64,000 bases of DNA from Alphaproteobacteria bacterium. GTDB lineage: Bacteria; Pseudomonadota; Alphaproteobacteria; MPNO01. The stretch spans positions 2,592,001-2,656,000 of the forward strand of contig OZ219866.1 in assembly GCA_964291675.2 (NCBI GenBank). Direction: 5' to 3'. Positions 1 through 9,054 of the stretch are shown in pieces; the first letter of the stretch is position 1; each line of letters begins with the position of its first letter. Under the pieces are notes generated by a model that saw only the letters and a program-made list of their open reading frames with translations, made no database searches and was not told the origin of the DNA. The position numbers and the translations under genes are program-made.

Positions 1-1
1 C

Positions 2-2056
2 ATGGACCCGGCCTGCGGCTCGGGCACCTTCCTGTTTCACGCGGTAAGGGCGGTGGTGGACGCCGCGGACGCTCGGGGTTTGTCCCCGGCGGAAGCGATA
101 CGCCTGACCGCCCGGAACATTGCCGGAATCGACATCCATCCCGTCGCCGTCATCTTCGCACGGGTGACTTTCCTGCTCGCGCTGATGCCGGCGCTGCGCG
201 AAGGACATCCGGGCAGAGTGACTTTGCCCGTCTATCTGGGTGACGCGCTGCAATGGAACCTCGCTCGGCCCGGCGAAAAGGGCAGGCAGCCCGACATTTT
301 CGCCGGCAGCGGCACGCTCGAAATATCGGTTCCTGCGGTCACTGTGAACGATCCGAAACCCCGGCGCCTCGATCCGGCAATTCTGGAGTTCCCCGCTGCG
401 GTGGCATCCGACGCCGGGCTCTTCGACCGCGTGCTCAACAGCATGATCGAGCTCGGCGCCAGATTGGAACCCGCAAGCAATTTCGTTGCGTGGCTGCAAC
501 GCGAGGTATCGGTCTCGGACGACGCTCGGAAGGCTCTCAAGAAAACCTATCAGGTCATGTCCCGCCTCCAGAACGAGGGCCGGAACCACGTTTGGGGCTA
601 TGTCGCGCGGAATTTGGCCCGCCCTGTCTGGCTGTCCAGCGAGGCGCAGAAGGCAGATGTCGTGATCGGCAACCCGCCCTGGGTTTCATATCGCTACATG
701 AGTCCCGGCGTTCAGGGTCGGTTCCATGACGAATGCCGCGCCGCTCAACTCTGGGTAGGCGGCCATGTTGCCACGCAGCAGGATCTTTCCGGCTATTTCT
801 TCATGCGCGCGGCACTGCTCTATATGCGCCGGACCGGACGAATTGCCCTCGTGATGCCGTACGCCGCAATGTCCCGCCAGGCCTACGCTCCATTTCGAGC
901 GGGCCGGGTGGCGCGCCTGGGCCAAACCGAGCTCCGGCTCGGCTTCATCGAAGCCCGGGCATTCGGATCGGAAGTACAACCGCTCTTCCCCGTGCCGAGT
1001 TGCGTTCTGTTTGCCGGATGTCACGATGGAGCGACAGCGGCGCCGCTCCCCGGGGAAGTGCTCGCCTATGCCGGGACGCTGCCGCGGCGGGATGCCGACG
1101 AAGCGGAAGCGACGTCCAATCTGACGGCGGCGGTCGTGGGCTGGCCACCGGAAGTCACCGGCGACGGCGGGTCGCCCTACCGCGGCGCCTTTCGGAACGG
1201 GGCGACTCTTTGGCCGAGACGCCTCGTCCTCGTCGAACCCGTCCCCGCGACAGGACTCCTCCCGCCCAACCCTGAATCGCCATTGGTTCGCGGCCGGGCC
1301 GGCAACCAGGACAAGAATCCCTGGAAAGGCCTGAATCCGCCGCAGGGCACGGTGGAGAAGGGATTTCTGCGCCCTGTACTGCTCGGCGAATCCATCGCCC
1401 CGTTCCGCGTGATTCGGCCGCTCCAAGCTGTTGTGCCCTGGGATGAAGAGCGATTCGAGCTAATGGATGCACGTGCCGCTGCGAGGTGCGGATACCGGGC
1501 CTTGGCTCGGTGGTTGGAAAAGTCCGAATCCCTGTGGGAAGAGCACAAGGGCAGCGATTTGAGCTTCATTCAGCAGTGCGACTACTACGGGAAACTGTCC
1601 TGCCAATTTCCAATTGCCCCCATCCGAGTGGTCTACACGAAAGCGGGCACCAATCTCGCCGCGGCGGTGGTCGAGAATGAATCGGCGCTCGTCGACCACA
1701 AGCTCTACTGGGGACAGGCGAGGAGCAGGGCAGAAGCGTACTATCTCTGCGGCATTCTCAACAGTGAGGCACTGCGCGCCAGCGTGGCACCGTATCAAGC
1801 GCAGGGGCAGTGGGGCGCACGGGACTTCGACAAGTATGTGTTCAACCTGCCAATCCCGCGCTTCGATGGCAGCGATGCTCTCCACCAACGCCTTGCCCTC
1901 GCCGCCAGAAGGGCGAAGACGGTTGCCGATCGGGTCGACCTGAGGGAAGGCGAATACTTCACTCGCTCCCGCAGGCGCGTCCGCGACGCTCTTGCCGAGC
2001 ACGGCGTCGCATCTCGTTTGGAGGAGCTGGTGGCCGACTTGCTGGACGGCCCGTGA
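2..2056 (+). CDS. N6-adenine DNA methyltransferase with C-terminal target-recognition region, probably the 3' part of a fused type IIG restriction-modification enzyme (5' end outside window)
   Basis: Motif I DPACGSGTFL, motif IV GNPPW, QQDLSGYF, and a C-terminal TRD-like region (YLCGILNS...NLPIPRFD). The ORF is open at the window edge. Confidence 0.85.
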   Translation: MDPACGSGTFLFHAVRAVVDAADARGLSPAEAIRLTARNIAGIDIHPVAVIFARVTFLLALMPALREGHPGRVTLPVYLGDALQWNLARPGEKGRQPDIFAGSGTLEISVPAVTVNDPKPRRLDPAILEFPAAVASDAGLFDRVLNSMIELGARLEPASNFVAWLQREVSVSDDARKALKKTYQVMSRLQNEGRNHVWGYVARNLARPVWLSSEAQKADVVIGNPPWVSYRYMSPGVQGRFHDECRAAQLWVGGHVATQQDLSGYFFMRAALLYMRRTGRIALVMPYAAMSRQAYAPFRAGRVARLGQTELRLGFIEARAFGSEVQPLFPVPSCVLFAGCHDGATAAPLPGEVLAYAGTLPRRDADEAEATSNLTAAVVGWPPEVTGDGGSPYRGAFRNGATLWPRRLVLVEPVPATGLLPPNPESPLVRGRAGNQDKNPWKGLNPPQGTVEKGFLRPVLLGESIAPFRVIRPLQAVVPWDEERFELMDARAAARCGYRALARWLEKSESLWEEHKGSDLSFIQQCDYYGKLSCQFPIAPIRVVYTKAGTNLAAAVVENESALVDHKLYWGQARSRAEAYYLCGILNSEALRASVAPYQAQGQWGARDFDKYVFNLPIPRFDGSDALHQRLALAARRAKTVADRVDLREGEYFTRSRRRVRDALAEHGVASRLEELVADLLDGP

Positions 2057-2393
2057 CGGCCGCCCCTTGCCGGTCGATGCAGGGGCTCCCCGCCCGGCTG
2101 GCGCCCGCCCGCGGATCGCGGGAATGTTGGCGGCCTGGCGTATCGCGGCCGCCGATCGGAAGAAGCGATGGCGATGCGGCCGGCCTGCGGCGTCGGCTTG
2201 CAGAACGCGCTCGGCGCGCCGGGCCCGCCCGAGGTCGCGCTGCATCCGACCCGGCCGGGCGGCATCCCGGTCGACGGGGCGGCCTGCGGCGCGCTCCGGG
2301 CGGCCGCGCGCTCACCGCGGCCCACGACGCCCGGCTCGAACAATTCGCCGTCCGCCCGGATGCCTGAATTTTATCTAATAAAGCAATAATCCC

Positions 2394-2422
2394 TTGACAC
2401 GGGACACGTCTCAACCTATATT
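2394..2422 (+). promoter_or_regulatory. sigma70-type promoter upstream of tupB
   Basis: TTGACA(2394-2399)-N17-TATATT(2417-2422) in an AT-rich island within a GC-rich genome. Confidence 0.65.
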
Positions 2423-2561
2423 CTCTATATTAGAAAAATAGCAGGCGTCGCACCGCCAGCGTCCCTTCTCTGCCCCATGCCCCGGCGACACGCAGCGCTG
2501 TCGGGTGTGTATTTTTACGATTTTTCTTATAAAAAATTTGTCGCCAGTACATAATGCAGCC

Positions 2562-3269
2562 ATGGACGGGTTTTGGGGGTCGTTGGCGCAGGCGGTGGGG
2601 CTGATCCTTGCCTGGGATCCGGAGCTGATCGAGATCATCGGGCTGTCGCTGCGCGTCACGCTGAGCGCGCTGGTATTGGCCTGCCTGATCGGCCTGCCGC
2701 TGGGTGCGGCGGTGGGGGCGTTCCGCTTTCCCGGGCGGGTGGCGGCGACGGTGGCGCTGAACGCGCTGATGGGGCTGCCGCCGGTCGTCGTCGGGCTGAT
2801 GGTCTATCTGGTGCTGTCGGCGTCGGGCCCGCTTGGCGTGCTCGGCCTGCTCTACACCCCGGCGGCGATGATCGCCGCCCAGACCGTGCTGGTAACCCCC
2901 ATCGTCGCCGCGCTCACCCGCCAGGCGGTCGAGGAGCTCGACCGCGAATACGCCGAGCAGTTCGCCTCGCTCGGCGTCGGGCCGCTCGGCCGGCTCCGCG
3001 CGCTCTTGTGGGACGCGCGCTACGCCCTGCTCACCGTGGCGCTCGCCGGGTTCGGCCGCGCCGTGGCCGAGGTCGGCGCGGTGATGATCGTCGGCGGCAA
3101 TATCGACCACGCGACGCGGGTGATGACCACGGCGATCGCGCTGGAGACCTCGAAGGGCAATCTCGAGCTGGCGCTGGCGCTCGGCGCGGTGCTGATCGCG
3201 CTCGCCGTCGCGGTGACCGGGGCGGTGATGACGCTGCGCGCCTCGGCGGTCCGCATGGCCTATGGCTGA
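2562..3269 (+). CDS. tupB: tungstate ABC transporter permease
   Basis: Hydrophobic protein with LMGLPPVVVGL and GFGRAVAEVGAVMIVGGNI...TRVMTTAIALETSKG; ATG at 2562. Confidence 0.9.
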   Translation: MDGFWGSLAQAVGLILAWDPELIEIIGLSLRVTLSALVLACLIGLPLGAAVGAFRFPGRVAATVALNALMGLPPVVVGLMVYLVLSASGPLGVLGLLYTPAAMIAAQTVLVTPIVAALTRQAVEELDREYAEQFASLGVGPLGRLRALLWDARYALLTVALAGFGRAVAEVGAVMIVGGNIDHATRVMTTAIALETSKGNLELALALGAVLIALAVAVTGAVMTLRASAVRMAYG

Positions 3270-3990
3270 GCCCCTGCTGAGCGCGACCGGGCTCCGCTTC
3301 GAGGCCGGCGGCGCGCGTCCGGTCGACGGCATCGACCTCGCCATCCGCGCAGGCGACAGCGTCGCGGTGATGGGCGCCAACGGCGCCGGCAAGAGCCTGC
3401 TGCTGCGCCTGCTGCACGGGCTGATCCGCCCGAGCGCGGGCGAGATCCTGTGGCGCGGGCGCCCGCCCGGGCGCGCCGCCCGCGAAGCCCAGGCGATGGT
3501 GTTCCAGCGCCCGGTGCTGCTGCGCCGCTCGGTGCGCGCCAATCTCCGCTTCGCGCTGGCGGCGCGCGGGGTCGCCGGCGCCGAGCGCGCGGCGCGCGCC
3601 GAGCACGCGCTCGCCCGCGCCCGGCTCGCCCATCTCGCGCGGCGCCCGGCGCGGCTGCTCTCGGCCGGCGAGCAGCAGCGCCTCGCCATCGCCCGCGCGC
3701 TCGCCACCGCGCCCGAGCTCCTGTTCCTCGACGAGCCGACGGCGAGCCTCGACCCGGCCTCGGCGCGGGCGGTCGAGGCGCTGATCGCGGAGGCGCATGC
3801 GGCGGGCGTCGCCATCGTGCTGGTGACCCACGATGCGGGCCAGGCGTTGCGCCTCGCCGGCGAGCTGGTGTTCCTCGATGCCGGGCGCGTCGCCGAGACC
3901 GGCGCGCTGCCGGGCGCGCTGCGGGCGCCGCGTTCCGAGGCCGCGCGCGCCTGGGTCGAGGGCCGCCTCCATGCCGGGCCCGCGCAGTGA
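3262..3990 (+). CDS. tupC: tungstate ABC transporter ATP-binding protein
   Basis: Walker A GANGAGKS, signature LSAGEQQR, Walker B LFLDEPT; overlaps tupB and tupA. Confidence 0.88.
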   Translation: MAEPLLSATGLRFEAGGARPVDGIDLAIRAGDSVAVMGANGAGKSLLLRLLHGLIRPSAGEILWRGRPPGRAAREAQAMVFQRPVLLRRSVRANLRFALAARGVAGAERAARAEHALARARLAHLARRPARLLSAGEQQRLAIARALATAPELLFLDEPTASLDPASARAVEALIAEAHAAGVAIVLVTHDAGQALRLAGELVFLDAGRVAETGALPGALRAPRSEAARAWVEGRLHAGPAQ

Positions 3991-4796
3991 TGCGGCGCGC
4001 GCTGCTCTGCCTCGCCTTGCTCGCCGCGCTGCCGGCCGGGGCGGCGGAGCGCTTCATCGTGCTGCAATCGACCACGTCGACGCGCAACTCCGGCCTGTTC
4101 GAGCGCATCCTGCCGGCGTTCCGCGCGCGGACCGGGATCGAGGTGCGGGTGGTCGCGGTCGGCACCGGCCAGGCGCTGCGCAACGCCGCCCGGGGGGACG
4201 GCGACGCGCTGCTGGTGCACGACCGCGAGGCCGAGCGAAGATTCGTCGCCGAGGGCCACGGGACGGCGCGCCACGACGTGATGTATAACGACTTCGCGAT
4301 CGTCGGCCCCCGCGCCGACCCGGCCGGGATCGCCGGCACCGCCGACGCCCCGGCGGCGCTGGCGGCGATCGCCCGGGCGCGCGCGCCGTTCGCCTCGCGC
4401 GGCGACGACAGCGGCACCCACAAGGCGGAGCTCAGGCTGTGGCGGGCGGCCGGGATCGAGCCCGCGGCGCATTCCGGGCGCTGGTACCGCGAGACCGGCT
4501 CCGGCATGGGGGCGACGCTCAACGTGGGCATCGGCATGGGCGCCTATGTGCTGACCGACCGCGCGTCCTGGATCGCCTTCGGCAACAAGCGCGGCCACCG
4601 CATCGTCGTCGAGGGCGATCCGCGACTGTTCAACCAGTACGGCATCGTCGCCGTCAGCAAGTCGCGCCACCCCCGCGTGAAGGTCGCGCTCGCGCAACAA
4701 TTCGTCGACTGGATGCTGTCCCCGGAGGGCCAGGCCGCCATCGCCGCCCACCGCATCGGCGGCCGGCAGCTGTTCTTCCCCAACGCGAAGCGGTGA
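3990..4796 (+). CDS. tupA: tungstate ABC transporter substrate-binding protein
   Basis: Signal peptide, TupA motif STTST, VAVGTGQAL, SRGDDSGTH; start overlaps the tupC stop (TGATG). Confidence 0.9.
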   Translation: MRRALLCLALLAALPAGAAERFIVLQSTTSTRNSGLFERILPAFRARTGIEVRVVAVGTGQALRNAARGDGDALLVHDREAERRFVAEGHGTARHDVMYNDFAIVGPRADPAGIAGTADAPAALAAIARARAPFASRGDDSGTHKAELRLWRAAGIEPAAHSGRWYRETGSGMGATLNVGIGMGAYVLTDRASWIAFGNKRGHRIVVEGDPRLFNQYGIVAVSKSRHPRVKVALAQQFVDWMLSPEGQAAIAAHRIGGRQLFFPNAKR

Positions 4797-4798
4797 GG

Positions 4799-4938
4799 GT
4801 CCTTCGATACGCGCCCTTCGGGCGCTGCTCGGGAAGAGGATGGGTCGGTCGGGCCAGCGAAATTGCCTCATCCCGAGCAGCCCCGGGCTTGCCCCGGATC
4901 GCAGTCCGGGGCTGGTTCCGGGGCGTATCGAGGGACGC
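4799..4938. repeat. REP-like palindromic pair, family B (GTCC.TCGATACG...GCT.CTCGGGA.GAGG and its inverse)
   Basis: Inverted arms at 4799-4839 and 4866-4938; similar copies at 21118-21250 and 26650-26758. Confidence 0.7.
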
Positions 4939-5086
4939 CCCGCCGGGCGGGCGGCTGCGGTCCGGGAGACGCGGGGAGGCGCGTGCCCGCGAGCCGGGGC
5001 GGGCCGCTCCGGAGGCCTGCCGCCGACCGCCGACCGGCGTTGCCGTCGGCGCCGTCTCCGCCGAGGCGAGCCGTCTTCCCGCTCTC

Positions 5087-5644
5087 CTACCGCCTCCCGG
5101 CGGCGAAGGCGCCGACGAAGACGGCCCGGCTCCCGCCGGCGGTGGCCGCCTCTCCGCCGAACGCGCCGGCGACCGCCCTGGGGTCGCCCGCCGCGTCCGG
5201 CCGGTTGGAGAGCCGGCCGGCCCGGTAGCCGGAGGAGACGAGCGGGATGTCGGGATGGGAGAGGATCACGCCGGTTCCCTGGAACGTCGCATCGCCCCGG
5301 TCGAGCGCGGTGGCGCCGAACTCGATGCGGTAATCCGACACATCGTCGAAGCCCTCGACCTCTCCCGTGGCGCTGTCTCCGAACACGCCCGAGAGCCGGA
5401 TCCGGTCGCTGCATCCGACACAGCCCCGGACGGTGCCTGCACCGAAATCCGCCGTCATGTCGGCGCTCCCGGAGAACTCGCCGATCTCGGCGCTCCCCGG
5501 CGGCACCGTGGCATCGGACCCGTACTCGCTCGCGTACAGCCCTGCGGCCCGGCCCCGATAGCTGGCGGTTCCACGCTTGCCAGCCCGGCGGGTGCCGGGC
5601 CGTTGCAATCGACAGCGCGTATGCGTGTGACCCCGCCTATTCAC
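5087..5644 (-). pseudogene. C-terminal fragment of a TbpB/HupA-like beta-barrel surface protein
   Basis: GTASYRGRAAGLY...MTADFGAGTVRG...VAGAFGG...FVGAF pattern; no signal peptide or credible start. Confidence 0.45.
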
Positions 5645-5884
5645 CGGGCTCAGGGAGCTACCCTTCGCCGTGACAGGCTCTGGTATTCAGCGGGCGACCC
5701 GACCGAGCGGGACGCGCTGTCGATTGCAGGGGAAAGCGTCGCCCGAGGCGGCGGCGGGTGTCGAGCTCTCCGAAAGAGGGGAGAGGCCCGGTCGGTCGAG
5801 CGGAACGACGATGGACGGGCAACGGTTGCCCGGCCCCCGCGACGAATGGCCTTCCGGGACGGAGAAGCGCGGACACCCGGCCTC

Positions 5885-6524
5885 GTCATGCCCGGGCTTG
5901 TTCCACTGCTGTCCGGTCTAGCCTTCGACGCGGGCCGCACCCGGCTCTCCTTGCTCCTCCACCGCCACCCCCACCCCGTCATGGCCGGACTTGATCCGGC
6001 CATCCATGCGGCGTCCCCGCCTGCGAGGCGGCCGGCGGGAAGGGGCGGCGGCGCCAGTGGATGCCCGGATCGAGTCCACTGCTGTCCGGTTTAGATTTTC
6101 GGCGCGGGCTCCGCGCCCGTGAGCATCTGCATCTCCGCTCCCGCTGTTACCCCTACGTCATGGCCGGACTTGATCCGGCCATCCACGCGGCCTCTCCGCC
6201 CGCACGACGGTCCGACGAGAGGGGCGGCGGCGCCCATGGATGCCCGGATCAAGTCCGGGCATGACGAGGGAGGGCCGGGGGCGACGGCGGCATGCGACGA
6301 CGCGTCGCGCGTGTCGCGATCCGTGTCCCGATCCGGCGGCTGGGCCGGAAATCCGCGCGTACCGAGGCTTTGCGCCCGGTCCAGCTGATCTAAACCGGAC
6401 AGCAGTGGACTCGATCCGGCCATCCACGCAGCCCCTCGGCGCGCATGACGGCCGGTCGGCAGAGGCGGCGGCGCCCATGGATGCCCGGAACACCCCCGGA
6501 CTCGTTCCGGGGGCCGGTCATGAC
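5885..6524. repeat. cluster of REP/REPIN-like units, family A (GTCATGGCCGGACTTGATCCGGCCATCCA...TGGATGCCCGGATCAAGTCCGGGCATGAC)
   Basis: Complete unit at 6157-6265, interrupted units at 5885-5903, 5978-6076 and 6408-6524, with a conserved internal spacer (..GGGGCGGCGGCGCC..); a further unit lies at 26447-26573. Confidence 0.85.
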
Positions 6525-6603
6525 GTGGCGGGGACGACGTGCGAAAAATGGCCAATTCCTGAAACAGGACGCCAACGACCGGCGCGCGGCTCGGGAACGG
6601 ACG

Positions 6604-7125
6604 GTGAAGAGAAAGACATACGACGCGACGGTGGAGCTCGGCATCCCGGTCACGCTGATCGACGCGGTCTCGGAGGACGCGGACGGCGCGATCGAGCTCC
6701 CCCGGTCGGGCACGCTGCTGGCGACGGTGGCCGTGGCGCGGGTGCTCGATCCGGCCCGGATGGTCGGCGCGGAGCTGCGCTATCTGCGCCACGTGCTGGA
6801 CCGCACGGGGAGCGAATTCGCCGATGCCCTCGACCTCAGCGACAAGACCGTGGTCTCGCGCTGGGAGAACGGTGCGACGCGGCCCGGCCCCTACACGGAA
6901 AAGGTCATTCGCCAGCTCGTGCTGAACCTGCTCGCGCGCAGCGCACCGGGGATCGAGATCGCGGACAACGCCATCCCGGGCATGAAGCTCCGCCCGCGCG
7001 GCGAGCCGCTGCCGATGGCGTTCGCCCTGCGGAAGCGGCGGGGAGAGGACGGCCGCGCCCGGCAATGCTACGTGCCCGTCCCGCCCGTCCCGACGGCGGC
7101 GGAGACCGCTGCGCCGGCGTCCTAG
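6604..7125 (+). CDS. XRE/HTH_3 protein, MqsA/HigA-like antitoxin or regulator, no cognate toxin
   Basis: GAELRYLRHVLDRTGSEFADALDLSDKTVVSRWENG helix-turn-helix; GTG start assumed. Confidence 0.65.
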   Translation: MKRKTYDATVELGIPVTLIDAVSEDADGAIELPRSGTLLATVAVARVLDPARMVGAELRYLRHVLDRTGSEFADALDLSDKTVVSRWENGATRPGPYTEKVIRQLVLNLLARSAPGIEIADNAIPGMKLRPRGEPLPMAFALRKRRGEDGRARQCYVPVPPVPTAAETAAPAS

Positions 7126-7220
7126 CCCGGATCTCCGACCGGCGGCCCGGCCGCCGCCGGTATCCGATGTCCTCATTCCGTTTCCGGGCGGGACCGCGGG
7201 GGCGGGCCGGCGCCGCCGGA

Positions 7221-7387
7221 CATCCGACGCGACCGGGGCGCTCGGCATCCCGGTCGCGCCGATCGACGCGGTGTCGGAGGACGCGGACGGCGCAATCGAG
7301 ATTCCCCGGCCGGACATGCGGCTGGCGGCCGCGGCCGTGGCGCGGGCGCTCGACCCGGCCCGGCAATGCGACGTGCCCGGCCCGCCC
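7221..7387 (+). pseudogene. internally deleted, decayed copy of the 6604-7125 HTH gene
   Basis: 7221-7363 aligns to 6617-6759, then continues as ~7057-7086 through a shared GCCCGG. Confidence 0.8.
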
Positions 7388-7542
7388 GGCCGCGATGTAC
7401 AACACGCAAGCTCCTGCGCTACCTTGCCGCCCCGGGGTTGCCGGCTCCGTCCGCCGGTGGCGCCATGCGCTCGCCGACCGCGCCCGCGGGCCGGCCGCGC
7501 GGCCCCGACACGGGATCGATCGCTGTTCAGGAGCAAACACCC

Positions 7543-8403
7543 ATGGCGACCATTGACGACGTCTCGATCGTCGATTCGAACGCTGTCGAGCCCAGGACCG
7601 TCGAATCCGGGCTCGAAAGGACCATCTGCGGCCGGAGCCTGTGCGGCTCGAAGACGCTGACCGTCTACCGGCGAACGGTGTCCGAAGGCCGCCGGTTCGA
7701 GCCGCGGGCGGACGACGACTACCACCTGGTCTACGCGATGGCGACGCCGAAGGACGGCGTCATCGGCTTCAACGGCGAGCGGCACGCGGCCGAGGAGGGC
7801 GCCGGCGTGCTGCTCGCGCCTGGCGAGTCGGCGCGGTTCGAGGCGTCCGGGTCGGATATGGAGCTGCTGCACATGGTGACGCCCAGGCCTCCTTCCGCCG
7901 TCGAAGCGGGGTTGGCCGGGGGGCCGGGATATTTCTTCAACCGGCGGACGCTTCGCGCGCTCAGCGACGCGAGCGGCGGCCGGGTTCGCCGCTTCTGCGC
8001 GGAGTCCACCGTCCGGCTTCGCGACGGCAGCAGGCTCACCCCGACCAACGCGATCCAGGCCGGCGAGATGCACTACCGCGAGGGCGGCTCGTCGCCCTAT
8101 CACCGGCATGTGGGCACCGACGCCAACCCGGACGGCGCCGCCCATTGCTACATGACCTTCAAGGGCCGCGGCGTGGTCGAGGTCGGGGATACCTCGCAGG
8201 AGCTCGATCCCGGCACGCTTGTCTATTTCCCCCCGGGCGTGCCGCACCGGCTTCGCGCCCATGGCGGCCCGCTCGACTATTTCGAGATCCAGGCCTGGCG
8301 GAGTTTTCGCACCAACGTGCTCAGCGAGGAGAAGCTCGGGCTAAAATGGTACTACGAGCCCGAGACGCCGGGCGCCGCGCCGGTCGAGTGGGACCAGAGC
8401 TGA
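7543..8403 (+). CDS. bicupin domain protein
   Basis: AGGAG RBS; C-terminal cupin HRH...AHCY...GTLVYFPPGVPH; degenerate N-terminal cupin. Confidence 0.75.
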   Translation: MATIDDVSIVDSNAVEPRTVESGLERTICGRSLCGSKTLTVYRRTVSEGRRFEPRADDDYHLVYAMATPKDGVIGFNGERHAAEEGAGVLLAPGESARFEASGSDMELLHMVTPRPPSAVEAGLAGGPGYFFNRRTLRALSDASGGRVRRFCAESTVRLRDGSRLTPTNAIQAGEMHYREGGSSPYHRHVGTDANPDGAAHCYMTFKGRGVVEVGDTSQELDPGTLVYFPPGVPHRLRAHGGPLDYFEIQAWRSFRTNVLSEEKLGLKWYYEPETPGAAPVEWDQS

Positions 8404-8571
8404 CGGAACGGTCTGTCGGCATTTGCTGTCGAGGCGGCGGGTCGGCGGCCCCGACCCGCCGCCCCGCGGATGTAGAGGCCGCACGGGTGGGGCGGAACGA
8501 GGCCACTGCTGTCCGGTCTGGATGGGACGGCTCGGCGCGATCGAGGCGAGGAAGGCCCGCGATCGGGACAC

Positions 8572-9054
8572 TCAATCCGAGTACGACGCGAGCTGCGTGT
8601 CGAACGCCAGAATCCTGACCGTGCGTCCCGGGCCGCGAAGCGCCTCCGCCAGGTCGATGATCGAGATATCGGCGAAGGAGTAGTTGGGACCGGAGGAGGC
8701 CAGAAATCGGCGAGCCAGCCGGATCAGGTCTTGCGACCGCAGGAGGAGTTCCGGACCTGAGGCGGCGATCGTCCACGGGCGTTCGCGGCCGATGGAGCTT
8801 GCGATGTCATCCGAGAGCCGTTGGGCAAGGGATCGGCGACGGCGGCCGTCGCGAACGTGGTTGATGTGGCTCGCGACCTCGAACAACACCGGGACGGTTA
8901 CGAACAGCTCGTACCTCGCGTCGATGAGGTCGGCGGTCTGCGTCTGAACGGCGGCGGTCCGCGACTCCTTGAAGTAGCCCGGCACGCGATACAGTTCGAG
9001 CAGCCACGATGTATCGAGAATTGCCGCGCCGCTCAACCCAGCGACTCGAGCCAT
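8572..9054 (-). CDS. PIN-domain protein (putative nuclease)
   Basis: AILDTS, VLFEVASH, SFADISII, ILAFDTQL acidic PIN motifs; overlaps the ATPase 3' end. Confidence 0.7.
   Translation of the reverse strand: MARVAGLSGAAILDTSWLLELYRVPGYFKESRTAAVQTQTADLIDARYELFVTVPVLFEVASHINHVRDGRRRRSLAQRLSDDIASSIGRERPWTIAASGPELLLRSQDLIRLARRFLASSGPNYSFADISIIDLAEALRGPGRTVRILAFDTQLASYSD

Larger units (their letters stand above)
5903..8517. mobile_element. four solo IS-end-like motifs CCACTGCTGTCCGGT (5903-5917, 6076-6090, 6394-6408 inverted, 8503-8517), no transposase
   Basis: Identical 15-mer four times, three of them joined to REP hairpins at the equivalent position. Confidence 0.55.

Noticed and set aside
2430-5414. 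Long ORFs antisense to or overlapping real genes (also 13073-16126, 23794-26331, 27249-29558, 51124-54588, 61132-63771)
   Set aside because: Shadow ORFs typical of very high GC DNA; Arg/Pro/Gly-rich, no motifs, and they overlap well-supported genes
6076-6408. Single MITE bounded by the 32-bp inverted repeat
   Set aside because: The flanks are inverted copies of the same REP half rather than a direct target duplication; better explained as two independent IS-end junctions
5885-6524. Possible CRISPR array
   Set aside because: Repeats alternate in orientation, the spacers are similar to each other and irregular, and there are no cas genes; REP-like instead
7221-7387. DGR template/variable repeat pair with 6617-6759
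   Set aside because: Differences are not adenine-specific and no reverse transcriptase is present in the window
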